Sequence record: MG655270.1
DNA: 64,000 nucleotides
Reading direction: 5' to 3' (one strand)
Shown: piece by piece, positions 36,517 through 45,590 of the stretch
How positions within the stretch are numbered: the first letter of the stretch is position 1
How the letters are laid out: the number at the start of each line of letters is the position of its first letter
Position numbers and translations under genes: made by a program
Notes under the pieces: model-generated
Databases searched by the model: none
Told to the model about the DNA's origin: nothing
Seen by the model: the letters and a program-made list of their open reading frames with translations, nothing else

Positions 36517-38640
36517 TTACCAGCTAAATGCTTTATTGGCACGCGGCATAGTCACTTCCATTGGGATATCTTCCGTGACGAGCTCTTGGCTTTCCAGATC
36601 GTCTAACCACGCTTCCATTCCTGCCGAGAGGAACTGGTGCTCATGTGCACTTTCTTCAAACGATTCCAACCCTACTGCTTCAGCGATCTCTTCAACTTCA
36701 ACGTTCGAACCATAACGGTCCAAGCCCATCAGTGCATCAACCTGAGACTTCGACCAAGCCATGATGTCTTCTGAGCGTGTTGAGATGTTCGGCATGGCAC
36801 CGGTATCCAATACGAAGTTAAAGATATACACTTCGTCTTCCTGGCCAATACGGTGCATACGTGAGACAGCCTGCTCGTAGTGGTGGAAGCGGAAAGGTTT
36901 GTTCAACATCAATCCACAGTTCGCTTCAGTCAGGGGTACGGCTTCTGCCAGTGAGCGGAAGGTGGCGATCCCGGGGTTAACGTCTTCAGAAGCACGGAAC
37001 GACTTCACCATCTCAACCAGGTCTTTGTTGGTATCACCGTAAACCACAACTGGCTTATACCCCAGACCCCGACATATCAACGCCATGGTTTCCAGCGCGG
37101 GCACAAAGTCAGTGAAGATCAGGGTCTTCTTCTTGGCGTTGTCAATGTAGGTACCGAACGGAATCGCCTCAGCAAGCTCTACGTGACACATGGTGCGTTC
37201 TTTACCCAACACCCTACCCAGACACTCCCCTTTGATCTTCAAGTCTACATACTTGATTACAGAGCGGGCATCTTTGAACGTCTTACGCATGTGGTCCGGG
37301 AGCACCGGGATGATGCGCTTGAGTTCGTACTCGTTACAATACTGACTCATGTAGGCCATCGAGTAGGGATCAAACCCCTGGGTGACAAACGTGTTCACGT
37401 ATTGGTTGTAGAGTTTGAAGTCCTCTTTCTCTTTGGGGGAGTGCAAGGTCTTCTCATACCAACCCAGTGCATCGTCGTAGATTTTCTGGTAGGCCGGCTT
37501 GTTGTCGGTATAGAACTTAAACCGCTCTTGAATGAACGCCATCATGATCCGTTGGATGTTATCCAGAGTATAATGCGCACCATTCTTAATCTTGATCTTC
37601 ACCGTCATCTCGATCGGCTTGGTGGTCATGAACTTCGACTTCGGTACTGAGAAGCTCACAATCCCCAATCGGTTCGCCAGGATGTCGTTGGCTTTGGTGG
37701 CGGTCTTGCCCCAGATTTTACGCATCGCTAATTCAACATCATTAGTGAAACCGGGGATCAGGGTACGGAACAACGGTACAGCTTCAGTGCCCATTGCGGT
37801 CAGTGCAGTACCGGAAGCCCAAACGATATCCTGCGACCCTGAGACCTGGCAGAGTTCCACAAACAGGTTGGTGCGAATAGACTCTTTGGTTTTCTGGTTT
37901 AAGTTGTGCGACTCATCGAGGATAATCCCGACGTTGGGCAGGCGCAGTTCTTTTACCATCTTCACCACTTCGTCCAGGCGCTCGTAGTGCGCAACGATCC
38001 ATTTGGTGCCTTTACGGTATGGCTGGTCATACTCTGCAACCCAGACCGACTCCTCTGTCGTAAGTTCTGTGGTGATCGTGCGCTCCCAAACATCGCGTGT
38101 GGCTTTCTTGGGGGCAATGACAATCACGTAATCTTTCTTACGACAGAGCATGGTCATGATACTGCAGAGCGTCTTACCGGCACCTGGGGCGGCAGAGAGT
38201 AAAGCACCGCGCAGGCCGTAGCGTGGGATCACGGTGTTGTAGTAGTTCAACCAGTTACGCTGTTCAGGTAACGGGGTCTTTTTAACATACTTCAACTGGT
38301 TCAGGTCGATGATATCTTCATACTGCTCCTCGAGGTTGCGCATCCAGGTGTTCTTGCGCAGCAGCTCCAGGATCTTACCCAGACCGCGACGATCTGACCA
38401 GGTCTTATCGTGCTCGTAGAGTTGCTTTAAGATGTACTCGACTTCGATGGCAAAGAAGCTGTTAAAGCTGATCTTGTTCTGGGTTACCTCTCTAAAGAGA
38501 TAGCCGGCAATTTTACTGGTCTTCCAGACCTTGAGGATGTCACGCGTTGCCAGTGGGGCATTAAAGCCAGTGATGGTGATGATATCGTTTTTCTCTTCGA
38601 CGTTAATGAACCCTAACGCCCGACGCAGGTAGTCAAACAT
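36517..38640 (-). CDS. SNF2/DEAD-like superfamily 2 helicase
   Basis: APGAGKT (I), ILDESH (II), ASGTA (III), KTLIFTD (IV), QAVSRMHRIGQ (VI). Confidence 0.88.
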   Translation of the reverse strand: MFDYLRRALGFINVEEKNDIITITGFNAPLATRDILKVWKTSKIAGYLFREVTQNKISFNSFFAIEVEYILKQLYEHDKTWSDRRGLGKILELLRKNTWMRNLEEQYEDIIDLNQLKYVKKTPLPEQRNWLNYYNTVIPRYGLRGALLSAAPGAGKTLCSIMTMLCRKKDYVIVIAPKKATRDVWERTITTELTTEESVWVAEYDQPYRKGTKWIVAHYERLDEVVKMVKELRLPNVGIILDESHNLNQKTKESIRTNLFVELCQVSGSQDIVWASGTALTAMGTEAVPLFRTLIPGFTNDVELAMRKIWGKTATKANDILANRLGIVSFSVPKSKFMTTKPIEMTVKIKIKNGAHYTLDNIQRIMMAFIQERFKFYTDNKPAYQKIYDDALGWYEKTLHSPKEKEDFKLYNQYVNTFVTQGFDPYSMAYMSQYCNEYELKRIIPVLPDHMRKTFKDARSVIKYVDLKIKGECLGRVLGKERTMCHVELAEAIPFGTYIDNAKKKTLIFTDFVPALETMALICRGLGYKPVVVYGDTNKDLVEMVKSFRASEDVNPGIATFRSLAEAVPLTEANCGLMLNKPFRFHHYEQAVSRMHRIGQEDEVYIFNFVLDTGAMPNISTRSEDIMAWSKSQVDALMGLDRYGSNVEVEEIAEAVGLESFEESAHEHQFLSAGMEAWLDDLESQELVTEDIPMEVTMPRANKAFSW

Positions 38641-38706
38641 AAATGCCCCTTAGGAAAGTTAAATCATACTAATGTGATCTATAAAATAACGTGCGATATA
38701 GAATCT

Positions 38707-38737
38707 ATATTTTTACATACCTACATTACGGTAGTGA
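38707..38737 (+). promoter_or_regulatory. Phage promoter motif
   Basis: CCTACATTAC-ggta-GTGA, followed directly by a 16-bp palindrome. Confidence 0.7.
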
Positions 38738-38753
38738 TATGTTGTACAACATA
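38738..38753. repeat. Perfect 16-bp palindrome
   Basis: TATGTTGTACAACATA. Confidence 0.85.
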
Positions 38754-38763
38754 AAACATATTA

Positions 38764-38829
38764 GTTGGGTATACTAAAGTTTTATTAGATCCACTACACT
38801 TTCGAATAGTGTTTTAGTATACAACCAAC
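38764..38829 (+). ncRNA. Candidate structured leader RNA with a T-loop hairpin
   Basis: gtatactaaa/tttagtatac stem stacked on acact-TTCGAAT-agtgt; outer gttgg/ccaac pairing. Confidence 0.35.
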
Positions 38830-38845
38830 AACTTGGAGGTCCACT

Positions 38846-38917
38846 ATGGATCGTTTAATCATTTTCACCGGGGTAATCGTTACATTCGTCATTAGCATTG
38901 CAATGACTGTGACGTAA
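38846..38917 (+). CDS. 23-aa single-TM peptide (not in ORF track)
   Basis: MDRLIIFTGVIVTFVISIAMTVT*; strong RBS ggaggt. Confidence 0.6.
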   Translation: MDRLIIFTGVIVTFVISIAMTVT

Positions 38918-38933
38918 CACAAAGGAGAGGGTT

Positions 38934-39347
38934 ATGAATCGCCCTACATTGACCGTTCGCGGCATGATCGATGAGCTATTAGCCGCTGCAAAAGCGCAAC
39001 ACCCAGATATAACTCGACTGGCAATAAAGGTCGCATATATTCAGAATGAAAAAATTAAGTACATTGTGAATATCACCACCGCTACAGGAGTGATACCATT
39101 CACGGATGAAAGTCAGATGGATGTTATGGGAGTTGTCGAGCATGAGGTGGCAAAGATCACCGAACGCGAACGCAATAGACCCAACGTAGGCGAATTAGAC
39201 ATAGCCAGTAACACCACAATAAACCTGTATACGAAGTTTAGGCGCATCTTTGGGCCTCGACCCATTATCACAGTGAAATTGGGTTATCTTGATCCCGTCA
39301 CCCCTAACGTCAACAGGGTTACCGTGGAATTAGACTACACTTACTAA
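38934..39347 (+). CDS. Hypothetical early protein
   Basis: 137 aa, RBS ggagagg. Confidence 0.65.
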   Translation: MNRPTLTVRGMIDELLAAAKAQHPDITRLAIKVAYIQNEKIKYIVNITTATGVIPFTDESQMDVMGVVEHEVAKITERERNRPNVGELDIASNTTINLYTKFRRIFGPRPIITVKLGYLDPVTPNVNRVTVELDYTY

Positions 39348-39352
39348 AGGGT

Positions 39353-39937
39353 TTGACAATAATGTTAAACAAAATCATTACTGAGAATGTTGGACGCATC
39401 TCACTGAAGGTCTGGGATAACTGCGAAGATTATTTGCTTCGCGTCACCCAGGGGATTAAACGTGACATCATGCGGGAAATCAAAACGCATGGTGGTCGCA
39501 CGCAATTCCGCGTCACTGTCCGTAACTCTCTCGGCTATAACAAGGCCGAGGGGATCTTTCACGATCTGCAAGTGGTGGTCACCTGTCTGGCCACTTCCAA
39601 AGAACTGAAAGAGACCGTGCGTCTGCCTGTCAGCAAAGACAACCCCCTGGCCATTATCCAGGGCACGTTAATGCATGCGGCGATCAAAGCCAACGCAGTG
39701 CGCAGCTATACCTCGATGAACTCACGGGCTGATGAAGTCCGTAAGACACTGAAGAGCAACCTGGATGACATGCTGAAAACGCACTCCACGGTCATCTCAG
39801 TACATCAACATAAATCTGGCCATCCTGAAATTGCTGCGGAATTCATTCAAACTGACGGTCCTTCCATGGCCGCCTTATTTGAGAAACTTGCGCAGCACTC
39901 CCCATTGGGTGGTCTCTCAACACAACCTTCCATGTAA
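39353..39937 (+). CDS. Hypothetical early protein
   Basis: 194 aa; start may be ATG 39362. Confidence 0.65.
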   Translation: MTIMLNKIITENVGRISLKVWDNCEDYLLRVTQGIKRDIMREIKTHGGRTQFRVTVRNSLGYNKAEGIFHDLQVVVTCLATSKELKETVRLPVSKDNPLAIIQGTLMHAAIKANAVRSYTSMNSRADEVRKTLKSNLDDMLKTHSTVISVHQHKSGHPEIAAEFIQTDGPSMAALFEKLAQHSPLGGLSTQPSM

Positions 39938-39994
39938 GTTCTCGTAATCGGCTGGGCGGGTGAGTATCACCGCCTGGCTTTCCAGGAGTCTATT

Positions 39995-40495
39995 ATGAGC
40001 GCCTTGCTTACAGAACTCCTCTCTGGACCCGCAATTCCTTTCGGGTTGGTAATTGGTATACTCGTTTGGTTATTGCATGTGAAGCTGTCAAACAAATCAC
40101 ATCAGCATGTTTACGATGTGGTCGGTCATCAATTGGTTAATGATATCGAACACCTGTGCCGGGAGCTAGCCAGCCCATCGGATCATCGGCGTTACATCAA
40201 AACCGATCTTCCACCACAAGGTGATCAGATTAACTACCTGCGTAAGCACATCGAATCGCACCTTAAAGCGCGTGTAACTAAATACATCGATGCTGCTTGT
40301 TATAACGACAGGGCAGCCCGTAGACCTCGGGCGAAGTTACACGTCAAGGTGGTTAACCTGGCACATATGGGGCAAGGGCTTGAGATAAGTTTTAAACTAG
40401 GCCGAGGGATCTTCACCGATCACCGTACCTATTTTAAACCATCCACCTATGCCCATGTCAGTCTCTTCTTTAAAGATGAAGTTCTTTCCAAATAA
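39995..40495 (+). CDS. Membrane-anchored hypothetical protein
   Basis: RBS aggag; N-terminal TM. Confidence 0.65.
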   Translation: MSALLTELLSGPAIPFGLVIGILVWLLHVKLSNKSHQHVYDVVGHQLVNDIEHLCRELASPSDHRRYIKTDLPPQGDQINYLRKHIESHLKARVTKYIDAACYNDRAARRPRAKLHVKVVNLAHMGQGLEISFKLGRGIFTDHRTYFKPSTYAHVSLFFKDEVLSK

Positions 40496-40507
40496 AGGAA
40501 TCAGTAG

Positions 40508-41824
40508 ATGTCAAGCAAAAAAGCAGCCAAAGTCAATCCAAAGAAACAACACAAACAAGCTGTTGCGCAGCAGACGCAGCAGGTTAACGGTGACCTGGAA
40601 TGGGCCCGTGGTATCTTTAGCCATATCGACAGCTATTTTGTTCAGCAGGTGAATAACCTGGTGCACCGTCGTTATAAAGGCAGCGACAACTATCCGAAAC
40701 ATTTCGGTGCCCGTGTTGAGATCAATGAAAAGCACGGTCGCTACGACATCCTGAAATTCCTGAGCTGGGATGAAGCCGGTGTGCTCGATGACTTCGGTAA
40801 CCAGACCGGTGAGTTCGAACTCGGCTATGTGCATTTCCATCGCCTGAAAGAGATCTCGCAGGATGCACACAAAAACAACCGTCCGGTGGATATCGGCTGG
40901 GCCTATGTACCGCACGTTGATTTCGAACACTCTGTTGATGCAGCCATGAAAGCGGCAGCAAAACATGATCACTTCGAAGCGGCGGTGCGCGCACATCTGC
41001 AAGGCGCGCTGGATGTCTATGCGACACTGGTCGATGAACTCAAAGCCGAATACCAGCCTGAGAACGCAGACGGCCAATACGTTGGCGTGTGTTTCTACTT
41101 CAACCCAGAAACCAACGTATTGGAATACGTGATGCAGAAACACGGCGTAACCGATCTGATCGACGGCAAAGCCTCTGAGCGTGACTTCCGTGATCTGCCG
41201 GCTGGCGCAGAAGTTACTGGTCCAATCGTGGTGGATGGCGATACGGACTTCCGTAACTACAACTCCTGCATGCTGCGTCTGGTAAGCGAAGTGGCGCGTT
41301 GGGAACGTATCAGTAAACCAAACAAAGAGTGCATGGAAACCGCAGCAACGGATCTGGTCGGTCGCATGATCACCAATGCCGAAGCGGCGTTTGAGAAAGC
41401 CAAAGAGAAAGCCGCTGCTGAAGGCATCACAGCAGATCTCTCTCTGCGTTACAATGGTCTGCGTGGTCTGCTGGAAGTGGTCTACAAAGATGAGCTGGGT
41501 AATACCGCGCTGGTTGATATCGGTATGGACGCAGCCGCTGTGCTGTTGATCATGACCCGTATCGAACCGGATCTGCAGATGTACGTCACCCCACGTTTCA
41601 ATAAAGCCTTTGTTGAGCGTTTCGGTGCAGGTGACCAGCACGTCAAAAATGACAACGGTGATGTGATCGCCACCGAAGTCCCGGCGCGTGGCCTGACTGC
41701 TGACTTCCTCGCTTTTGATGAACTCGCTGTCACTGGTCAGGCGTCACCGGTACAGGAGCTGGATGATGCGTTTGATAAAGACGACGAACCGGCTGCTGAT
41801 GAAAACTACGCCCTGAAGGCGTAA
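40508..41824 (+). CDS. Hypothetical protein
   Basis: 438 aa, RBS aagga, strongly biased codons, terminator downstream. Confidence 0.75.
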   Translation: MSSKKAAKVNPKKQHKQAVAQQTQQVNGDLEWARGIFSHIDSYFVQQVNNLVHRRYKGSDNYPKHFGARVEINEKHGRYDILKFLSWDEAGVLDDFGNQTGEFELGYVHFHRLKEISQDAHKNNRPVDIGWAYVPHVDFEHSVDAAMKAAAKHDHFEAAVRAHLQGALDVYATLVDELKAEYQPENADGQYVGVCFYFNPETNVLEYVMQKHGVTDLIDGKASERDFRDLPAGAEVTGPIVVDGDTDFRNYNSCMLRLVSEVARWERISKPNKECMETAATDLVGRMITNAEAAFEKAKEKAAAEGITADLSLRYNGLRGLLEVVYKDELGNTALVDIGMDAAAVLLIMTRIEPDLQMYVTPRFNKAFVERFGAGDQHVKNDNGDVIATEVPARGLTADFLAFDELAVTGQASPVQELDDAFDKDDEPAADENYALKA

Positions 41825-41899
41825 GTTCGGTTATGGGGGAGGGCTTAGGCTCTCCCTTTTAACAGTTATCTTTCTTTTTTATTTGATTTTTTACAATGC

Positions 41900-41930
41900 A
41901 GATTTTTTCAGACCTATATGACGGAAGTGA
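41900..41930 (+). promoter_or_regulatory. Phage promoter motif
   Basis: aga-ttttttcaga-CCTATATGAC-ggaa-GTGA. Confidence 0.65.
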
Positions 41931-41985
41931 ATAGAGCCAGTAGTCACTGACTCGACAATCTTAATTCACTTACGAGGTATAGATT

Positions 41986-42423
41986 ATGAAACTGAATAAA
42001 CTGCGTTATGTTCTTTCTAAGGGATTCATTTCTCTTTGTGCCGACAACATCGAAGCCATGGGTATGGAAAGAGTTATCCGTATGGCCGAACGTCGTTACA
42101 TGTTCGCTAACCCAAAAGCTGACGAAGTCGAAATCGACGAGTCTGATGTTAACCGTGCCCTTAGCATCGCTAAGAACAAAGATGCACGCTATGACCGTAT
42201 TGCTAACCTGTACTCTTGGTTGGCACGTAACATCTCTGGTGTTCGTAACACTGCGGCGTTAAACCGTGATGTAATGAAAAGCCTGTGGATGAGCTACCGC
42301 GGTTATATCACTGCAAACGCTCTGGAAGAACTGTGGGTGGTTACTAAGGTGTATGACAATGGTACTGACCTCGAAGTTGAGTTCAGTGAAGTTTGTGCCC
42401 TGATTGCCAACAGCGAAGTATAA
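41986..42423 (+). CDS. Hypothetical early protein
   Basis: 145 aa, RBS gaggt, highly biased codons. Confidence 0.7.
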   Translation: MKLNKLRYVLSKGFISLCADNIEAMGMERVIRMAERRYMFANPKADEVEIDESDVNRALSIAKNKDARYDRIANLYSWLARNISGVRNTAALNRDVMKSLWMSYRGYITANALEELWVVTKVYDNGTDLEVEFSEVCALIANSEV

Positions 42424-42433
42424 GGAGCACATT

Positions 42434-42919
42434 ATGTCAAACGGGGTAATGTGGATGATGCTAGCGGCCTGTATCGCTATCGGCTTCAAGATTATCGGTA
42501 CGGCCTTATCTTCCCCGGCCTCGACCGTTGCAGATCTAAAACGCTGGGCTTCTATTAAGACACCAGATTTCATTGATGCGGCTTTCACCGGGGAAACGAT
42601 GTATTGCATTACTGAGCGTACTGCGAAACGCCATTTGGAACTTTATGGACCAGACGGTATCGTGGGAATGTACAGTGATGTGTTTGATGAACTTAGACAA
42701 TGTACCACTATGGATGGGTGGTTAATCGACGGTAGGATTGTCGACAATAAAAACGGAGCAGTACAGATCGCCTTGACCATGACCCGCAACGAAGTGGTTC
42801 TCAATAAAGCATACGTTGTCCCATACTTGCAAATCCTGCGAGTCACCGACACGTTCTCTCCTGAGATTCTCCGTCGTTCTGTTCGTGATGTTCAGGTTAT
42901 TAATGCAAATGTTGTTTGA
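42434..42919 (+). CDS. Membrane-anchored hypothetical protein
   Basis: Start reassigned (RBS aaggag); N-terminal TM. Confidence 0.65.
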   Translation: MSNGVMWMMLAACIAIGFKIIGTALSSPASTVADLKRWASIKTPDFIDAAFTGETMYCITERTAKRHLELYGPDGIVGMYSDVFDELRQCTTMDGWLIDGRIVDNKNGAVQIALTMTRNEVVLNKAYVVPYLQILRVTDTFSPEILRRSVRDVQVINANVV

Positions 42920-42933
42920 TCCCTCCGAATTTT

Positions 42934-42963
42934 AGGCCAGGTTTGCACCTGGCCTTTATGCCG
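42934..42963 (+). terminator. Hairpin + TTATGCC terminator
   Basis: aggccagg-tttgca-cctggcct-TTATGCCG. Confidence 0.75.
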
Positions 42964-43134
42964 GCCTGGGAATGGTACCCGTTATGCCACTATCAATTAA
43001 CCAAAATGTAGAAATGGTAGATTGGCCTAACCAAGGGCCAACTACCTAGCCGTCATACTGCGCTGGGGGTTCGATGTAACCCCCAGGCAACCCTTATCTA
43101 TTTAACCTAATTTAACACCAGGGAATTTACTAAA

Positions 43135-43299
43135 ATGGCTTTTATCAAATCACTGTTCCACAAAGCGTCTTCTACTACTCCTGTTAACATCAGCGTAATC
43201 GAAGCCCAGCTGGAAGAGACCCAACGTATCCTGAACCGTTTAAACAAACATCAGGCATCAGCCGTCCGTGGCGAACGTACTCGCCACAATCACCACTGA
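43135..43299 (+). CDS. 54-aa peptide (not in ORF track)
   Basis: MAFIKSLFHKASSTTPVNISVIEAQLEETQRILNRLNKHQASAVRGERTRHNHH*; RBS aggga. Confidence 0.55.
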   Translation: MAFIKSLFHKASSTTPVNISVIEAQLEETQRILNRLNKHQASAVRGERTRHNHH

Positions 43300-43332
43300 G
43301 TGGTGTGCACGAAAGCAAGAAAAGTGTAGTGC

Positions 43333-43363
43333 AGAAAATCTCACACCTATATAACCTGGGTGA
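43333..43363 (+). promoter_or_regulatory. Phage promoter motif
   Basis: aga-aaatctcaca-CCTATATAAC-ctgg-GTGA. Confidence 0.7.
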
Positions 43364-43424
43364 TATACAGTAGTAAATCAATTGCAGTAACCAACTTAAC
43401 CTAATTGTCTTGTGAGGTATTATC

Positions 43425-44054
43425 ATGTCAAACGTACTCGAACTGAACACAACTCCTTCTAACCCGGCAATGGCTGAAGCTTTCCGTAAAGCAGCAACCA
43501 AGGATCTCTCGCCGGAACTGGGCGGTGATACCTTACAAGCCGAATTAGCGAACATGGAACGTGCAAAAACTGAGCCTGAATCAAACACTGCACGTCTGGC
43601 CAAAACCTTAGCGGGCATGACTTCTTCTGTGAAGGACATGAACGAGACGCTGCACGAAGCAGCAGGAGAGAACACCATGCATCACACTGATGGCGCTGAT
43701 AACATGTTCAGCGAAGTAGAAGAAATGATCGAGCCTGAATTCACTGGCAGTCATGGTCGTGTCAAAGCCATGGCGCTGCTGTCAGCGGGTTCATTGATTG
43801 CGACTACTGCTACTGCTGCGTTATTCACACGTAACAGCAAGACTGTCAAATCAGTCGCAGTAACGGGTCTGTTAACCAGCAGCATGCTGATCGGCATGGA
43901 AGCGATTCAGGCTAAACGTAATCCGTCTGTGGCGGATCGTCTGGTCATGGGCAAGAAACGTGCCGCCAAGTTACTGGGCGGTGGTCTGGCAATCGGTGCG
44001 GCAACCATGTCAATCGGTTTAACTGTAGGTCGTATCTTTAACTCCGGAGAGTAA
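43425..44054 (+). CDS. Ala/Gly-rich membrane protein (about 3 hydrophobic helices)
   Basis: Acidic N terminus; LLSAGSLIATTATAALF, VAVTGLLTSSMLIG, LLGGGLAIGAATMSIGLTVG. Confidence 0.7.
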   Translation: MSNVLELNTTPSNPAMAEAFRKAATKDLSPELGGDTLQAELANMERAKTEPESNTARLAKTLAGMTSSVKDMNETLHEAAGENTMHHTDGADNMFSEVEEMIEPEFTGSHGRVKAMALLSAGSLIATTATAALFTRNSKTVKSVAVTGLLTSSMLIGMEAIQAKRNPSVADRLVMGKKRAAKLLGGGLAIGAATMSIGLTVGRIFNSGE

Positions 44055-44055
44055 C

Positions 44056-44436
44056 ATGAGCCAGTTATTCGAGAACATCGATGACGTCATCGAACCAGTA
44101 GTCGATCTGAATGTGGCGAAACGTACCCTGATGTTAGCATCCGGGGTGCGAGCTGTAGCACTGGCAGTGGGTGTCGGTGTCGGCGCAGCAGCCATGAAGA
44201 TCAAACCTTCAACTGCGGTGAAAGCCGCAGTGATCCCAGCGGTGATCGAACTCGGTGCAACTTACCTCGGGGTGAGTCGTGCCAGCGAAGTCGAGATCCT
44301 GGATAAAGAAGCAACTGTCAGCAACAAATCACACCTCAACGATGCAGCCGTCAATTTCATTGCCGGTGCCGTTGCCATTGTAGGCGGTGCAGTGATTGCC
44401 CGTGTACTCAAAGGGCCGGAAACACCGGCTGAATAA
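44056..44436 (+). CDS. Ala/Gly-rich membrane protein
   Basis: AKRTLM motif then GVRAVALAVGVGVGAAA; IAGAVAIVGGAVIA. Confidence 0.7.
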   Translation: MSQLFENIDDVIEPVVDLNVAKRTLMLASGVRAVALAVGVGVGAAAMKIKPSTAVKAAVIPAVIELGATYLGVSRASEVEILDKEATVSNKSHLNDAAVNFIAGAVAIVGGAVIARVLKGPETPAE

Positions 44437-44451
44437 TCCCAGTAAAGGAAC

Positions 44452-44646
44452 ATGACCATGTTTAACAAAACCTGCGAACAGAAAGAGCCAGCTTGTGAAG
44501 TCACCATCAATCTTAACGTACAGATCGTAGGCATGGCCGTGGGTTGTGTTCTTGCGCAGAGTGAGAACACCATGGTCAAAGCCGGTGGCGTGGGCTTGGT
44601 AGCCGCGTCCTTCCTGGGCATGATTAAGAAACTGTCTAAACTGTAA
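44452..44646 (+). CDS. Small Ala/Gly-rich membrane protein
   Basis: 64 aa; VGMAVGCVLA and AGGVGLVAASFLG. Confidence 0.6.
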   Translation: MTMFNKTCEQKEPACEVTINLNVQIVGMAVGCVLAQSENTMVKAGGVGLVAASFLGMIKKLSKL

Positions 44647-44712
44647 TTCCTTGTAGTAACCAAACCCAATCAAACTCACTGTAATTAACCTAACTGTAAA
44701 AGAGAGAATATC

Positions 44713-45012
44713 ATGGAAAACATCAACGCATCTGCAATCAACGAAACTGCTAAAACTGCTGGCGCTACTGTTGAAGGTATCGTAAAAGAAACCATGTTCG
44801 CGAAAGTGGCAGAAGCTGTCGAACCAACTGTTGCGAAGAAGATCGCCAAACGCACCCTGATGGCAGGCGGCGTGTTAACGCTCTGTGGTCTGGGTTACTT
44901 CGGCTACCGTGCACTGAAGAAAACCAAAGCAGTCGTAATCATCACCGAAGGCGATGCAGCTAACGAAACCACCACTGACACCACCGTGGTAGCAGACGAC
45001 ACTGCTGCGTAA
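44713..45012 (+). CDS. Single-TM protein with AKRTLM motif
   Basis: IAKRTLMAGGVLTLCGLGYFGYR. Confidence 0.7.
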   Translation: MENINASAINETAKTAGATVEGIVKETMFAKVAEAVEPTVAKKIAKRTLMAGGVLTLCGLGYFGYRALKKTKAVVIITEGDAANETTTDTTVVADDTAA

Positions 45013-45018
45013 TTTTGT

Positions 45019-45066
45019 GAGGGCTAGGATATCCTAGCCCTTTCCTTTCTCACTCTTTTTTTTTTG
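45019..45066 (+). terminator. Intrinsic terminator
   Basis: agggctagg-atat-cctagccct followed by a pyrimidine/T run. Confidence 0.7.
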
Positions 45067-45083
45067 TTAAAGTAGGGACGCCC

Positions 45084-45554
45084 ATGCATGCAATCACAAC
45101 CGGTACCGTCGCTATTCTGATCTTCATCACCTTCTTGTTTATTTCAGAATGGCGATTAAAGGTAAGTAAGAACCTTATCTTCAAAGAAGTCACCCGAATC
45201 GCGTACTCGATTATTCGCTATACCGACGTCAAGCAGATCACCCCGGAGATCTACCTTATTGCGGCTGAACTACAAAACCGCATGGTAAAGGTAGGGAACT
45301 TCAGCGTAACCGAGAAGGACCGGGAAGTCGCCATGACGATTGCCAAGTACATTTCAATCTTTGGCAACCAGCGGGTGCGTGATCCGGTTATCCTGTTGCA
45401 CGTGATCGCCAGACGGCTAAATGAGTTCGATGGGATATCCGCTAAATCGCTGGTCTCCACCAATGGCCGCCTGGAACTCGTTATAGGGCGTGATGACGCC
45501 ACAGACTATGATCGGGTCATCTATCGCTTCAACTCTCCGCAGACGCTCTTCTAG
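45084..45554 (+). CDS. Membrane-anchored hypothetical protein
   Basis: N-terminal TM VAILIFITFLFI. Confidence 0.6.
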   Translation: MHAITTGTVAILIFITFLFISEWRLKVSKNLIFKEVTRIAYSIIRYTDVKQITPEIYLIAAELQNRMVKVGNFSVTEKDREVAMTIAKYISIFGNQRVRDPVILLHVIARRLNEFDGISAKSLVSTNGRLELVIGRDDATDYDRVIYRFNSPQTLF

Positions 45555-45590
45555 GGCGGCATAAGGGGCAGGGTTTCCCCCGCCCACTTA

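Noticed and set aside
38764-38829. Canonical tRNA gene
   Set aside because: No D arm or anticodon arm, and the T stem lacks the G53-C61 pair. Kept only as a tRNA-like candidate. No canonical tRNA was seen anywhere in the window.
40511-41641. 376-aa antisense ORF
   Set aside because: Shadow of the strongly codon-biased plus-strand gene 40508-41824; no RBS and no protein-like motifs.
43190-43678. 162-aa minus-strand ORF
   Set aside because: It spans a plus-strand promoter and two better-supported plus-strand ORFs.
4110-44660. Recurrent TGTAG(A/T)AA and TTAACCC words before genes as a second promoter class
   Set aside because: They are short, AT-rich and variably spaced; by eye they cannot be separated from generic A/U-rich translation leaders without an enrichment test.
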